Assembly: GCA_963678525.2 (NCBI GenBank)
Contig: CAXXDG010000002.1
Span: 890,960 to 930,959 of the forward strand
Length of the DNA stretch: 40,000 bases
DNA from: Desulfobulbaceae bacterium
Lineage (GTDB): Bacteria; Desulfobacterota; Desulfobulbia; Desulfobulbales; Desulfobulbaceae
Direction of reading: 5' to 3'
Part shown: positions 1 through 10,372 of the stretch, piece by piece
Position numbering within the stretch: the first letter of the stretch is position 1
How the letters are laid out: the number at the start of each line of letters is the position of its first letter
Position numbers and translations under genes: made by a program
The notes under the pieces: model-generated
The model's database searches: none
The model's input: only the letters and a program-made list of their open reading frames with translations
Told to the model about the DNA's origin: nothing

Positions 1-52
1 GTTTGCTACATATATCGCGGTTCAATATTTACAACATCAAGGAGAGAATTCA

Positions 53-1246
53 ATGAAAACAACAAAAACGTTATTTTTGGCCTCCCTGTTGGCCTGCAGT
101 GTAGCAGTGAGTGCGCAGGCTGCCGGCACGCTTAAAGAGCTTGGCCGTCATCCCTTCCACACACCTCCAATCAGCAGTGTAGCAGAACTCAAGACAATGG
201 CTCAAGACGAGCAGCAGGCAATCATGGATGGGTTTACTCTTGCCGGCATGCCTGAACTATATCAGCCGTTCATGGATCAGCTTGCGCAGACAACACCTGA
301 AATCAAAGAATATGCCCCGGGCGAAACTCTGAACTGGATGCTTTATAAGAAAAACGGCAATGGCCGTGTGCGCATCATGAAAGACGTTACCTGGGGGGGT
401 GAAGCTCCTTTTACAGGTTTTGAGGTAGCCGTCGATTATGAAGGCCGTAGATACACATTTGTCTCGCCCATGGTGTGCAGCAACATCTCCCTGAAAGAAA
501 TTGGGGCAATTCCTATGGTTGCCGCAGTTAACCAGGAACCCGCCTGTAACTCGGTGGTCACGCCGGTCAGCGCCTACTGCGGTGAAATGATAACAATCGA
601 CGCCACATCTTCCACCGATGACGGTGCTGTCAGCGGCATGAAGGTAACGGTGCTCGACACTGAAGGCAATATAGTCAGTGAGGAACCGGTACCTGAAAAC
701 GCCTTGACCTACCAGATGCCCATGCCCTGCGGAGACAACACCATTCAGGTAACAGTGGTTGACGATCAGGGACTCGAGGCGACCTCACCTTCCTGTCAGA
801 CGGTAATAACAGGAAAAAGCCGCTTCCGTCCGATTGCTGATCTCGGCTACTACAAACAGTCCGATCCAGGCGACTACTTCTTCATCCGAGGCGGGTTTGA
901 GTACAATTTTACTGAAGAATTCTCCGTACTGGGCATGGCAGGCATCGCACCCCAGTTCAAGGGAGATGACGGTGAAACGGCTTTTCTGGTAGATGTTCTT
1001 GCCAATTATTCCTGGAACCCTGTTTTTGTCGCCTTTGGCCTTGGCGGCTGGATCAGCACCGGAGACAATGATTATGATACGGAAGACACGGACCTTGACC
1101 TGATCCTCAACATAGGCAGCCGTGTTTACGGAGAACCTGATGCATTTAATATTTCAGTCTTTCTTGAGGGCCGAGCAGCGGTAGATGAACTGGATGACCT
1201 TGAGAAATACACCCGTATAGGCGCTGGAGTCCGCTTCCGCTTCTAA
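53..1246 (+). CDS. Secreted outer-membrane beta-barrel protein with central PKD/Ig-like domain
   Basis: 397-aa ORF with an AAGGAGAG RBS upstream. N-terminal signal peptide (LLACSVAVSAQA). Middle segment ITIDATSSTDDG...VTVVDDQG is PKD-like. The C-terminal beta-strand-like region ends in VRFRF (OMP-type terminal Phe). An intrinsic terminator follows. Confidence 0.7.
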   Translation: MKTTKTLFLASLLACSVAVSAQAAGTLKELGRHPFHTPPISSVAELKTMAQDEQQAIMDGFTLAGMPELYQPFMDQLAQTTPEIKEYAPGETLNWMLYKKNGNGRVRIMKDVTWGGEAPFTGFEVAVDYEGRRYTFVSPMVCSNISLKEIGAIPMVAAVNQEPACNSVVTPVSAYCGEMITIDATSSTDDGAVSGMKVTVLDTEGNIVSEEPVPENALTYQMPMPCGDNTIQVTVVDDQGLEATSPSCQTVITGKSRFRPIADLGYYKQSDPGDYFFIRGGFEYNFTEEFSVLGMAGIAPQFKGDDGETAFLVDVLANYSWNPVFVAFGLGGWISTGDNDYDTEDTDLDLILNIGSRVYGEPDAFNISVFLEGRAAVDELDDLEKYTRIGAGVRFRF

Positions 1247-1271
1247 TCCGGATTTCCCGTGATTTTTGTGT

Positions 1272-1309
1272 AAAACGCCGGCGCCCAAAAGGTGGCCGGC
1301 GTTTTTTTA
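1272..1309 (+). terminator. Rho-independent terminator after the OMP gene
   Basis: GC-rich stem ACGCCGGC / GCCGGCGT followed by a T7 run, about 25 nt after the stop codon. Confidence 0.8.
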
Positions 1310-1509
1310 TTTCTCCCTTCTCCATCCAATCTCCAGGAAGAAGTCCTGGATATGCTCCTTGCCGGTACCCTGGGCTGCTCCGCATTTCTCACGAATATAT
1401 TTTGAAGTAGATGCGCGGCGCCGGACGTACGGCTAAACGCCAGCGCTTCACTGTACAGCAGCATTCTTTCCGACTTTATATCAGTAATCTCAAAAGCACA
1501 GGACTCATC

Positions 1510-2448
1510 GTGAAAAAACAGCTCCTTGAAATCCTCATCTGTCCGCAGTGTCTTCCTGCTGAATATTCCCTTACCCCGTATATGGATCTTGTGACGAAAG
1601 ACGATATCGAGCAGGGTCGTCTCGTTTGTCCCCATTGCGGAACACAGTATCCCATAACAGACGGCATTGCCTACCTTGACCCGTTTCAAAGTCCCGAACA
1701 GGTGCAGCACAATAAATACGAACAGGATGCTGTGGTCTCTTCCTATCTCTGGAGTCATTTTTCCGACTTATTCGACCCGGAAAACTGTTCGCAAGCCTAC
1801 GCAACCTGGTCCGACCTGATTCAAGCCGGGAAAGGCATAGGCATCGATGCCGGAGGCGCGGTTGGGCGATTCACCTTTGAGTTAAGCACAAAATGCGACT
1901 TTGCCCTGGGCATGGATAACTCCGTGGCATTTATCAGAACTGCAAGACAGCTTATGCAGCAGAGACGTATCAGCTTTCCGCTGAAAGATGAAGGATTCCT
2001 CTGCAATGAAGCGACCGTTACCCTGCCCGATAGATGGAACACAGACCGGGTGGAATTTATTGTCGGCAACGCCCTTGCCCTGCCGATCGCTCAATCGACC
2101 ATTGCCGTTTTTGGTTCGCTCAACCTGGTGGATAAGGTGCCTTCCCCCATGCAGCACCTCAAGGAAATGGACAGGGTTACCAAGGCCGGACAGGCCCAGT
2201 TCGTCCTTTCCGATCCTTTCAGCTGGTCCGAAGAAGCCGCCGATGTGGATCAGTGGCTCGGCGGCAGGCGTGAAGGCCCCTACAGGGGAAAAGGCCTGGA
2301 CAATATTGCCGATATCCTTACAACCCCCCACGATTCCATTGCTTCCCAATGGCAGGTCACGGCAACAGGGCATACCTGGTGGAAAATCAGGACCCACAGC
2401 AATCATTATGAGCTTATCAAAAGCTGTTATCTGAGAGCCGCCCGATAG
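1510..2448 (+). CDS. Trm112-like zinc-ribbon / SAM-dependent methyltransferase fusion protein
   Basis: N-terminus LLEILICPQC...LVCPHCGTQYPITDGIAYL is a Trm112p-type CxxC...CxxC ribbon, followed by GIDAGGAVGRFTFEL (motif I-like). I prefer the GTG at 1510 (AGGA 6 nt upstream) over the track ATG at 1411, whose extra 33 aa look non-native. The start is uncertain. Confidence 0.7.
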   Translation: MKKQLLEILICPQCLPAEYSLTPYMDLVTKDDIEQGRLVCPHCGTQYPITDGIAYLDPFQSPEQVQHNKYEQDAVVSSYLWSHFSDLFDPENCSQAYATWSDLIQAGKGIGIDAGGAVGRFTFELSTKCDFALGMDNSVAFIRTARQLMQQRRISFPLKDEGFLCNEATVTLPDRWNTDRVEFIVGNALALPIAQSTIAVFGSLNLVDKVPSPMQHLKEMDRVTKAGQAQFVLSDPFSWSEEAADVDQWLGGRREGPYRGKGLDNIADILTTPHDSIASQWQVTATGHTWWKIRTHSNHYELIKSCYLRAAR

Positions 2449-2456
2449 GAGGAATC

Positions 2457-4511
2457 ATGCTCACCGAGACCGTATGCCGTCTATGCTCGTCCTGCTGCCC
2501 CATAGTTGCAGAAATCATTGATGGAAAACTGGTATCAGCCAGAAGAAAACCAATTGTCAGCGAGGATCAGCAAATAACCTGCCCAAAGCTTCAGGCAGCT
2601 CCGGAGATTGTCTATTCATCACAACGGCTGACCGCACCGCTCATTCGAAATACAAAAGACGCACCCCTTCGTGAGGCCGGCTGGGACGAAGCCCTGGAAA
2701 AGGTTGCCGGCCTCATGCGCCGGCATAAACAGGAAAACGGCGCCCAATCCGTAGCCTGGTTACGCGGAATGGCTGCAGACTGGGGAGCGCAATGGGATTA
2801 TCCCAACCGCCTGATGCATCATTTCGGCTCCCCCAATACAATCGGCAATGGATCGGTCTGTTTCGTCGGCCGGGACATGGCCCATTCCTATGTGTATGGC
2901 TCCATGGCCTTCCCCGAGCCCAAGGACAGTCAATGCATTCTTGTCTGGGGAAAAAATGATGCCAACACCACCCTGGGAGCGGCTGAAGCGATTCTGGCAG
3001 GCCATAACAACGGTGCGCTACTCATTGTCATTGATCCTGTTAAGACCAGATTAGCAGCAAGAGCCGATATCTGGCTGCAGATCAAGCCCGGCCACGACGG
3101 TCTGTTGGCTATGGCAATGATCAATGAAATCATCTCAAACAATCTCTATGACAAAGAGTTTGTTGCCGAGTACACCATAGGTTTTGAAGAACTTAAACAA
3201 GCTGCTGCCAGGTTTCCCGCAGAAAAGATTGCCCGGCGGCTATGGCTGACGCCTGAACAGATTAAAAAGGTTGCCCATCTCTATGCAACCACAAAACCGG
3301 CCTGCATTGTTGACGGTAACGGTCTGGACATGCATCGCTTTGTGTTTGACACTACCCGGGCGGTGGCCTGCCTCAGGCCGCTTACCGGAAATCTGGACAA
3401 ACCGGGCGGCGATGTATTGCCCCAACCCGTTTCCGTACGAAATATCCAGGACAGACACCTGCTTGAGCCGGATGTGAAACCGATAACCCGTGATTATCAC
3501 CTGTTCAATACTTTCAGCCCAACCTGGGGTAACCAGGTCCAGGGATGTGTGGTTGACGCCATTCTGGCCCACAGGCCATACCCGCTGCAAATGGTGGTGG
3601 TGCAGTCAGGCAATCCCGTGATCAGCATGGCTGACTCCCAGCGGGCCAAAAAAGCCTTTTCTCAGGTCTCATCACTGGTGGTGATCGACCTGTTTCTCAC
3701 GGAAACAGCAAAGTTGGCTGATGTCGTATTACCGGCTTCCAGTTGTTTTGAACGGACACAGATCAACAGGTCATCGATCCGCAATAACCCGATTATTCTC
3801 CAGAACGCGGTCATAGATCCTGTGGGAGATTCATGGCCGGACTGGAAAATCGTCGCCGGAATTGCAGAAAAACTGGAACTCAACCAGGCTTTCCCGTGGG
3901 AAAGCGCAGAGCAGGCCATTGATTATCAGTTGGAAACAGCCGGCGCCACAGTGGCGGATGTCTTGAACAATGCAAACTGCCTCCGTGTTGAAGAGCTGCA
4001 GTATCAAAAGTTCCGTAAACAGCCGTTTCAGACCCCAAGCAATAAAGTGGAGTTCTATTCCGCACGACTTGCAGAAGCCGGCCACAATCCGGTTCCATTT
4101 GCAGACGGTATCTTGGAAAACCCTGTCAGCTACCATGACCGGTCTGCGGACTATCCTTTCATCGGTATGTCGGGCACGCGGGATATCCGCTTCACCAACT
4201 CCCAGTACCGCAATATCCCTTCACTGCTGGACGGTTCCAGCGGGCCGGTCGCCGACCTGCACCCGGATGATGCAAGACGTTTGGAAATATCAAACGGCGA
4301 CACTGTAAAAATCTCAACACCAAAGGGCGGCATCATCATGCGGGCCCGAATACTTGAAGTATGCCGTCCCGGAACTCTTCGCCTGGCCTGGGGCTGGGGT
4401 GAACATGAGCAACAGGCAAATCTCAACGATCTTACCGAAGATGAGGTTCGCGGCCCTGTAACCGGCACGTCAACCAGCCGCAGTTTTATGTGTGATATCT
4501 GTAAAGTATAG
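2457..4511 (+). CDS. Molybdopterin (MopB superfamily) oxidoreductase catalytic subunit, apparently cytoplasmic
   Basis: 684-aa ORF with a GGAGGA RBS. N-terminal Cys cluster CRLCSSCC...C (4Fe-4S domain) and a candidate Mo-ligand Cys in GNGSVCFVGRD. Length and order match the MopB plus C-terminal beta-barrel domain layout. No twin-arginine signal. Confidence 0.8.
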   Translation: MLTETVCRLCSSCCPIVAEIIDGKLVSARRKPIVSEDQQITCPKLQAAPEIVYSSQRLTAPLIRNTKDAPLREAGWDEALEKVAGLMRRHKQENGAQSVAWLRGMAADWGAQWDYPNRLMHHFGSPNTIGNGSVCFVGRDMAHSYVYGSMAFPEPKDSQCILVWGKNDANTTLGAAEAILAGHNNGALLIVIDPVKTRLAARADIWLQIKPGHDGLLAMAMINEIISNNLYDKEFVAEYTIGFEELKQAAARFPAEKIARRLWLTPEQIKKVAHLYATTKPACIVDGNGLDMHRFVFDTTRAVACLRPLTGNLDKPGGDVLPQPVSVRNIQDRHLLEPDVKPITRDYHLFNTFSPTWGNQVQGCVVDAILAHRPYPLQMVVVQSGNPVISMADSQRAKKAFSQVSSLVVIDLFLTETAKLADVVLPASSCFERTQINRSSIRNNPIILQNAVIDPVGDSWPDWKIVAGIAEKLELNQAFPWESAEQAIDYQLETAGATVADVLNNANCLRVEELQYQKFRKQPFQTPSNKVEFYSARLAEAGHNPVPFADGILENPVSYHDRSADYPFIGMSGTRDIRFTNSQYRNIPSLLDGSSGPVADLHPDDARRLEISNGDTVKISTPKGGIIMRARILEVCRPGTLRLAWGWGEHEQQANLNDLTEDEVRGPVTGTSTSRSFMCDICKV

Positions 4512-4665
4512 CAGGGGATATACGTCGAAGCCCCTGCAAACGTACAGGTTCCCGAGAAAATTTAACTGAAATTTATCACATTACTTATTTCTTCTAAAAT
4601 CTAAAACATGTAAACTTACAAGATGATGCTTTCAAGATGTAGAACACATACAAGGGGGATATACA

Positions 4666-5859
4666 ATGAACCACATATTCCATGCAGTTGTTCTAAATCT
4701 TCACCAACCTGCCGGAAACCTCCAGCACCTGTACACCCACAACAACTGGGAAGCAAAGGAGATCCTGTTCGCGCTTGACCGGATCCCCCGATCGCTCTGG
4801 CAGTACAGTGATTCAGCCAAGATTCATTTATCGGTATCCGGTACCCTTCTGGAAACACTGGCCGATCCACAGTTCCAATCCGCCGTCTACGGCACAGTCG
4901 ATTGCGGATCATTGCTCTGGCATTTGCAGAATGAGCAAATTTTTGAAATTCTCGGCACGGCATATTACCACCCGGTTCTGCCCCTTATCCCATCAGCGGA
5001 CAGGGACGAACAGATCCGACGCTGGCTCGGCATCGGTCGGCACCTTTTCGGGCGCCCTCATTTCAATGGTTTCTGGCCGCCGGAAATGGGATTTTCCATG
5101 GAAATCATTCCCCTGTTGAAGCGACACGGCTACACGTACGTACTGGCGGACAGTGAACATATACAACCTGTTGATCCCATGAGTTGGCAGGAGCTGCGCT
5201 ACCGGCCCCATCTCGCCAGGTATGGTGATGATGAAATCATTGTTATTGTACGCGACCGCGACCTGTCGAATGCTCAGGAAAGCGGCATGGATTACGGCTG
5301 GTTTCATCGGGAGGTGCGGGAAAGGACCAGGTGGTGCGATTTTCCCCCTCTTGTCACAACATGCACTGATGGTGACAACGGCGGCTGGTTTCGCAACGTC
5401 AACCCCCGGGCAAATTTCTGGGGATCTTTTTATCCCGAGCTTCTTGATCATGCCCTGAATGGAACCGGAAATATCAAGCCTGCCTGTATAACCGATTACA
5501 TCAATCAATATGGCGCTCACGGCTATGTGGAGGTTGAGACAGCAGCATGGAATACCGGCCGGCACCATGGCAGAGGTTTTGTCCAATGGACCGGATCACA
5601 GGCGCAAAAAGATGCCATAGCCAGGATTGAGCAGACCAGCGCGATAATTCATCGGACAGCTGTTGACCTCGCAGCATTGCGCATTCCCAACCGTCATTCC
5701 GCCGTTTATGAGTTTGAAAATTCTCTCTGGCATATGCTCCGCGCTGAAACCAGTTGTAATTTTTACTGGGGGGAAGCCTGGGTGCATAAATGCCATGAAG
5801 ATCTTGACGCGGCATGGTCGTATCTGCATAGAGCCAGAAATGAAGCGGCTCTACAATAA
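4666..5859 (+). CDS. Glycoside hydrolase family 57 protein
   Basis: GH57 conserved regions are visible: LNLHQP, YYHPVLPL, WPPEMGFS (nucleophile Glu), TDGDNGGWF (acid/base Asp) and ETSCNFYWG. Confidence 0.85.
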   Translation: MNHIFHAVVLNLHQPAGNLQHLYTHNNWEAKEILFALDRIPRSLWQYSDSAKIHLSVSGTLLETLADPQFQSAVYGTVDCGSLLWHLQNEQIFEILGTAYYHPVLPLIPSADRDEQIRRWLGIGRHLFGRPHFNGFWPPEMGFSMEIIPLLKRHGYTYVLADSEHIQPVDPMSWQELRYRPHLARYGDDEIIVIVRDRDLSNAQESGMDYGWFHREVRERTRWCDFPPLVTTCTDGDNGGWFRNVNPRANFWGSFYPELLDHALNGTGNIKPACITDYINQYGAHGYVEVETAAWNTGRHHGRGFVQWTGSQAQKDAIARIEQTSAIIHRTAVDLAALRIPNRHSAVYEFENSLWHMLRAETSCNFYWGEAWVHKCHEDLDAAWSYLHRARNEAALQ

Positions 5860-6043
5860 GACCTACATTTTTTTAAGAGCTGTTCAGACACCTTCATTCA
5901 GCTTACCAACCAGCATGGCTGGACCAGGTTGGCCGGCAACAACGATGACACCGCTTCGCTGTTATGAAAGGTTATCACTCCTGTATGGCGCCTTCTGCCC
6001 TCTGCCGGAGACTTTCTCATATAAACTTACATGAGTGTGAATT

Positions 6044-7516
6044 ATGTATATAGTAATGATCTCTTCAGAGTGTGCACCTGTTGCCAAAGTCGGCGGCCTT
6101 GCCGATGTGGTCTTCGGATTAAGCAGGGAATTGTCAATTCGCGGCAATGCAGTGGAGATCATTTTACCTAAGTATGACTGCATGCGATACGATCATATAT
6201 GGGGACTGCATGTAACCCATGATGATCTGTGGGTGCCGTGGTTTAATTATTCCATTCACTGTACCGTCTATTTCGGCTTTGTTCACGGCCTGAAGTGCTT
6301 TTTTATTGAACCGCATTCTAAAGAGAACTTCTTCAATCGCGGCTCCTACTATGGTTTTCCGGATGAAGCCATGCGTATGGCCTTCTTTACCAAGGCTGCC
6401 ATGGAGTTCATGCTGAAATCCGACAAACGACCGGAAATCATTCATTCCCACGACTGGCAAACCGCCCTGGCTCCCGTACTGCTCTATGAAATGTATCAGC
6501 ATATAGGCATGAAAAATTGCCGCACCATGCATACCATTCATAATTTTAAACACCAGGGTATTGCCGGACAAAATATCCTTTGGTTTACAGGCCTTGGGAG
6601 GCCGGACTACTATTATGACCTGTGCAGGCTCAAGGACGATTTCAATCCAAGTGCGATCAATTTCACTAAAGGAGCCATTGTTTACGCCAATTTCACCTCC
6701 ACGGTCTCACCACGATATGCATGGGAAGTCAGGCACTCGACGCAAGGCTATGGACTAGGGCACATCCTGCATGTTCACCAGAATAAATTCGGCGGAATTT
6801 TAAACGGTCTTGACTACGACATGTGGAATCCGGAAACGGATCCCCATATTCCGGTGAACTATACCTGCGACAACCTTGATGCGAAGTATGGGAATAAAGA
6901 AGTACTGCGGGAGCGGCTTTGGCTTGAGAAATCATACAAACCCCTTATAGCCTATATCGGCAGGCTTGACGGACAGAAAGGGGTTCATCTGATACGACAC
7001 GCTCTGCTCTATGCCGTCAATAACGGCGCCCAGTTCATCCTGCTCGGTTCAAGCCCGGAAGCCAGTATCAACAAGGATTTCTGGGATCTCAAGCGATGCC
7101 TCAATGATAACGTCGACTGTCACCTTGAGATCGGCTACAACGAGGAACTGGCGCACCTCATCTATGCGGGCGCAGATATGGTCGTGGTGCCGAGTATTTT
7201 CGAACCATGCGGACTGACCCAGGTCATAGCTTTGCGATACGGCACAGTCCCCATTGTCAGGGCTGTAGGGGGTCTGATGGATACGGTTTTTGATCGTGAC
7301 TATTCAGACAAGCCCGAAGAGGAGCGTAACGGCTATGTATTCCATCAGGCTGATTTTCAAGGCATAGAATCGGCACTTACGCGTGCCGTCGGACTCTGGA
7401 ATCACTACCCCGAGAAATTTAAAGAACTGATGCTCAACGGCATTCAATATGATTATTCCTGGAAGAATCCAGGGCAGGACTATCTGAGCGCATACGAATG
7501 GATTCGCCACAAATAA
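6044..7516 (+). CDS. glgA: Glycogen synthase (GT5)
   Basis: N-terminal SSECAPVAKVGGLADVV (KxGGL motif). Length 490 aa, C-terminal PSIFEPCGLTQ block. Confidence 0.92.
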   Translation: MYIVMISSECAPVAKVGGLADVVFGLSRELSIRGNAVEIILPKYDCMRYDHIWGLHVTHDDLWVPWFNYSIHCTVYFGFVHGLKCFFIEPHSKENFFNRGSYYGFPDEAMRMAFFTKAAMEFMLKSDKRPEIIHSHDWQTALAPVLLYEMYQHIGMKNCRTMHTIHNFKHQGIAGQNILWFTGLGRPDYYYDLCRLKDDFNPSAINFTKGAIVYANFTSTVSPRYAWEVRHSTQGYGLGHILHVHQNKFGGILNGLDYDMWNPETDPHIPVNYTCDNLDAKYGNKEVLRERLWLEKSYKPLIAYIGRLDGQKGVHLIRHALLYAVNNGAQFILLGSSPEASINKDFWDLKRCLNDNVDCHLEIGYNEELAHLIYAGADMVVVPSIFEPCGLTQVIALRYGTVPIVRAVGGLMDTVFDRDYSDKPEEERNGYVFHQADFQGIESALTRAVGLWNHYPEKFKELMLNGIQYDYSWKNPGQDYLSAYEWIRHK

Positions 7517-7596
7517 TGAAATTACACATAAAAAGCGTCAACAAACCGCTCATCAAAAATTCCGGACCCCGTTCGGCAACATAACAGGATACAATC

Positions 7597-9060
7597 ATGG
7601 GTGACATACCAGAATATATTGATCAATGGCCAAATATTGCAGGCTCAGAATCTCTCATTGAGAAGGCGATACATGCTGCAGCAGATCATCCCGCATATGC
7701 AGGCAAAACCGCTCTTGATTTCAGTACGGTGAAAAGTGCGTACGCCATTGCACTGCATATGCATCAACCACTCATCCCGGCGGGCGGGGATGACCTTGCT
7801 ACAGCGGCAATTATCAGCAACCTGCAATACATGATGGAACACCAGGGGATCGGTGACAATCATAATGCCCCGGTGTTTCATCAATGCTACAAGAGAATGG
7901 GAGAATTCATACCGCAGCTCGTCCACGAAGGCAAAGCGCCTCGGGTGATGCTCGAGTATTCGGGCGCCCTCTTTCACGGGCTTCGTAAGATGGGGCTCCA
8001 TGATGTATTCGACAGCCTGAAAACCATTACCTGCAACCCTGAATACCGGTACTGTGTTGAATGGCTCGGCGCTCCATGGGGACACGCCGTTGCGCCCTCC
8101 ACACCTGTGCAGGATTACCGTCTGCATATCAAGGCCTGGCAGCACCATTTCGCCGCCATCTTCGGACTTGAGGCTCTGGGGAGGGTGCGAGGATTTTCCC
8201 CATCTGAAATGGCCTTGCCGAACCATCCTGACATTGCGTATGAATTCGTAAAGTCCCTGCGCGATTGCGGCTATCAATGGATTTTAGTGCAGGAACATAC
8301 CATTGAAAATCCTGAAACCGGCTATGGTCCGGAGCAAAAACATCTTCCCCATAGGCTTGTCTGCACCAATTCAGATGGTAAGACTGCAAGCATTATTGCC
8401 GTCATTAAAACACAGGGGAGCGATACAAAACTTGTTGCCCAGATGCAGCCCTATTACGAAGCGAAAGGACTTTCACACTGGGAACTAGCAGGCAAAAGCG
8501 TGCCCCCATTGGTAACCCAGATAGCTGACGGAGAAAACGGCGGTGTTATGATGAACGAGTTCCCTGATAAATATTTTGAAGCTGTCCGGGAATGCTCAGA
8601 TACTGATACACCCATCATGAATGTAACTGAATACCTGGAATATCTCTTTGCTCTCGGTATCAGTGAAACTGATCTGCCTGTGGTCCAGCCCCTTTTTCAA
8701 AAACTCATCTGGGATCGCTTCAAGCCCGGAGACGGCGCTGAAAAGCTTGAAATGGTCATTGAAAAGGTGAAAAGCGAAAACCATCAATTTCACATGGAAG
8801 GGGGAAGCTGGACCAATGACATTTCATGGGTGCACGGATATGAAGACGTGCTCGGCCCCATGGAAGAAGTGAGCGCCCTGTTTTTTGAAAAAATCATAGA
8901 TCCTGGTATGCCTGCCGATGAAGACAGGTATAGAAACGCCCTGTTTCATCTGCTGAGCTCACAGACCAGCTGTTACCGGTACTGGGGGCAGGGAATCTGG
9001 CCGGAATACGGGAAGGAGATCTGCAGGCGCGTTCATGAGATCCTTATCCATGATTATTGA
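7597..9060 (+). CDS. Second, divergent glycoside hydrolase family 57 protein
   Basis: ALHMHQPLIP, FSPSEMALP, ADGENGGVMMNEF and SQTSCYRYWG match the GH57 regions. AGGA RBS. Confidence 0.8.
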   Translation: MGDIPEYIDQWPNIAGSESLIEKAIHAAADHPAYAGKTALDFSTVKSAYAIALHMHQPLIPAGGDDLATAAIISNLQYMMEHQGIGDNHNAPVFHQCYKRMGEFIPQLVHEGKAPRVMLEYSGALFHGLRKMGLHDVFDSLKTITCNPEYRYCVEWLGAPWGHAVAPSTPVQDYRLHIKAWQHHFAAIFGLEALGRVRGFSPSEMALPNHPDIAYEFVKSLRDCGYQWILVQEHTIENPETGYGPEQKHLPHRLVCTNSDGKTASIIAVIKTQGSDTKLVAQMQPYYEAKGLSHWELAGKSVPPLVTQIADGENGGVMMNEFPDKYFEAVRECSDTDTPIMNVTEYLEYLFALGISETDLPVVQPLFQKLIWDRFKPGDGAEKLEMVIEKVKSENHQFHMEGGSWTNDISWVHGYEDVLGPMEEVSALFFEKIIDPGMPADEDRYRNALFHLLSSQTSCYRYWGQGIWPEYGKEICRRVHEILIHDY

Positions 9061-9186
9061 GAGCAGCAGCCCCTTACCCCTGTAAATTATTGGCGGATAC
9101 AACAAGTTATAAAGGATTTGAACTATCCATTTTCCTGACCTTGCCACCACCGGTAATCCTCATTTTGAAACAACACGAAGGAACAC

Positions 9187-10101
9187 ATGGAGCTGAAATA
9201 TAAATTTCACAACGGTTCAGGAGTCATCGAAAACGATACAATATTTCTTCAATATGCTCTTCGAAAGGAATCCTATCCCCTGAAAGAGGTTGTCGGTTTG
9301 TATCGCTACAAGAGTTTCGGAATGGATACACTAGTTGTTGCTTCAGGTCTGCCCGGTGGAAAAATCAAATCAGAGCTCATTCTTCTCGGACGGGAAAATG
9401 TGCCGGAAGCATTTATAGATGAACTTGTAGCTCAGGCTCCGAAATCAGCCAACCTGTTGCATCTGCCAAAGAAGGAAGCGTTCAAGAAAATGGGAATAGC
9501 TGGAAAGATGCGATACAGCATGATTGCAGTGTTTATCCTCACTTTTCTGATTATATGCGGTTATTTTTCTCCCCAGATTTATCATGGAATTATGGACAGA
9601 CATCTGGTCCCGGTATCTGTTGAGGATATGTACGCAGGGAATTCACTTTCCTCAAACTTTGTCAGCGTGAATGCCCATCTGCCGACCTCACCCTTAATCG
9701 TCAGCTATACAAAATGGTGGTCTTCCTCCCGCCCATTTTTCGAAAGGAGAAAGAAAGGATTCTACCCCATTGTTCCCGGTGACTGGAAGCAGGGAGATCC
9801 TATACGAATGGTTCTGATGGTCGATGGAGGTTTCGAACTGAAAAATATCGCACTACACGAGGACAAGGACATAACCGTACAAGGTATCGTACGCAACGTC
9901 CTGTGGGAACGTTTTTTCTGGTCCGGTTCAATGGAGAACCTTTCCCGGCATGCAAAATCACCGGTCGAACATCCGATAGTAATAGAATACAACACCAGGC
10001 CCGTGTACGAAATGGTGTGGTATCTCGGCGGCACCCTGTTCTTTATAATCCTTTTTTTAAGCATCGCCGGTCTGCGGAGCAGAAACACGAATGGAAGATG
10101 A
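9187..10101 (+). CDS. Hypothetical membrane protein (two hydrophobic segments)
   Basis: 304-aa ORF with a GAAGGA RBS. Predicted TM segments MIAVFILTFLIICGYF and VWYLGGTLFFIILFLSIAGL. No recognisable family. Confidence 0.6.
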   Translation: MELKYKFHNGSGVIENDTIFLQYALRKESYPLKEVVGLYRYKSFGMDTLVVASGLPGGKIKSELILLGRENVPEAFIDELVAQAPKSANLLHLPKKEAFKKMGIAGKMRYSMIAVFILTFLIICGYFSPQIYHGIMDRHLVPVSVEDMYAGNSLSSNFVSVNAHLPTSPLIVSYTKWWSSSRPFFERRKKGFYPIVPGDWKQGDPIRMVLMVDGGFELKNIALHEDKDITVQGIVRNVLWERFFWSGSMENLSRHAKSPVEHPIVIEYNTRPVYEMVWYLGGTLFFIILFLSIAGLRSRNTNGR

Positions 10102-10337
10102 CATGCGGCAGGCAATCCCCCCATACGTTTTGCATAAAATAATGCGGCGGTAACTGCTCACAATGCACCTGATCTTTCCATGATCAAGTCGGCTTACGTA
10201 TGACCAAATATACGCTGCGCCGGCCTGCTTGCGTAAACCTCAGACACACTGTAATCAGTTATAAGTACGGGGGATTTGGCAAACTTAACCACTTCCCCTA
10301 TGAGTAGTTTCATGCTGCGAAGTAAATGAAAGGTAAT

Positions 10338-10372
10338 AAAAAAACCCGCTAACCATTGCTGGTTGCGGGTTT
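10338..10372 (-). terminator. Intrinsic terminator hairpin (distal copy)
   Basis: Minus-strand RNA CCCGCAACCA-GCAA-UGGUUAGCGGG followed by U7. Confidence 0.7.

Noticed and set aside
1243-2406. Minus-strand ORFs of 171, 82 and 174 aa overlapping the methyltransferase gene, and the ATG start at 1411.
   Set aside because: They are antisense shadows of a motif-bearing plus-strand gene, with no RBS or motifs. The N-terminal extension from 1411 precedes the Trm112-type ribbon, which normally sits at the very N-terminus.
4511-4537. Hairpin GCAGGGG...CCCCTGC right after the molybdoenzyme stop, considered as a terminator.
   Set aside because: The stem is only 7 bp and no T tract follows, so it is too weak to list as a feature.
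4993-5586. 197-aa minus-strand ORF inside the first GH57 gene.
   Set aside because: It lies antisense to a gene with all the GH57 signature regions, and its composition is low-complexity.
7645-8277. 210-aa minus-strand ORF inside the second GH57 gene.
   Set aside because: Antisense shadow ORF. The plus frame carries the conserved motifs.
10194-10313. 39-aa minus-strand ORF (MKLLIGEVVKFAKSPVLITDYS...) just outside the distal att.
   Set aside because: It is too short, with no RBS or recognisable family. It may be the remnant of a host gene but cannot be supported.
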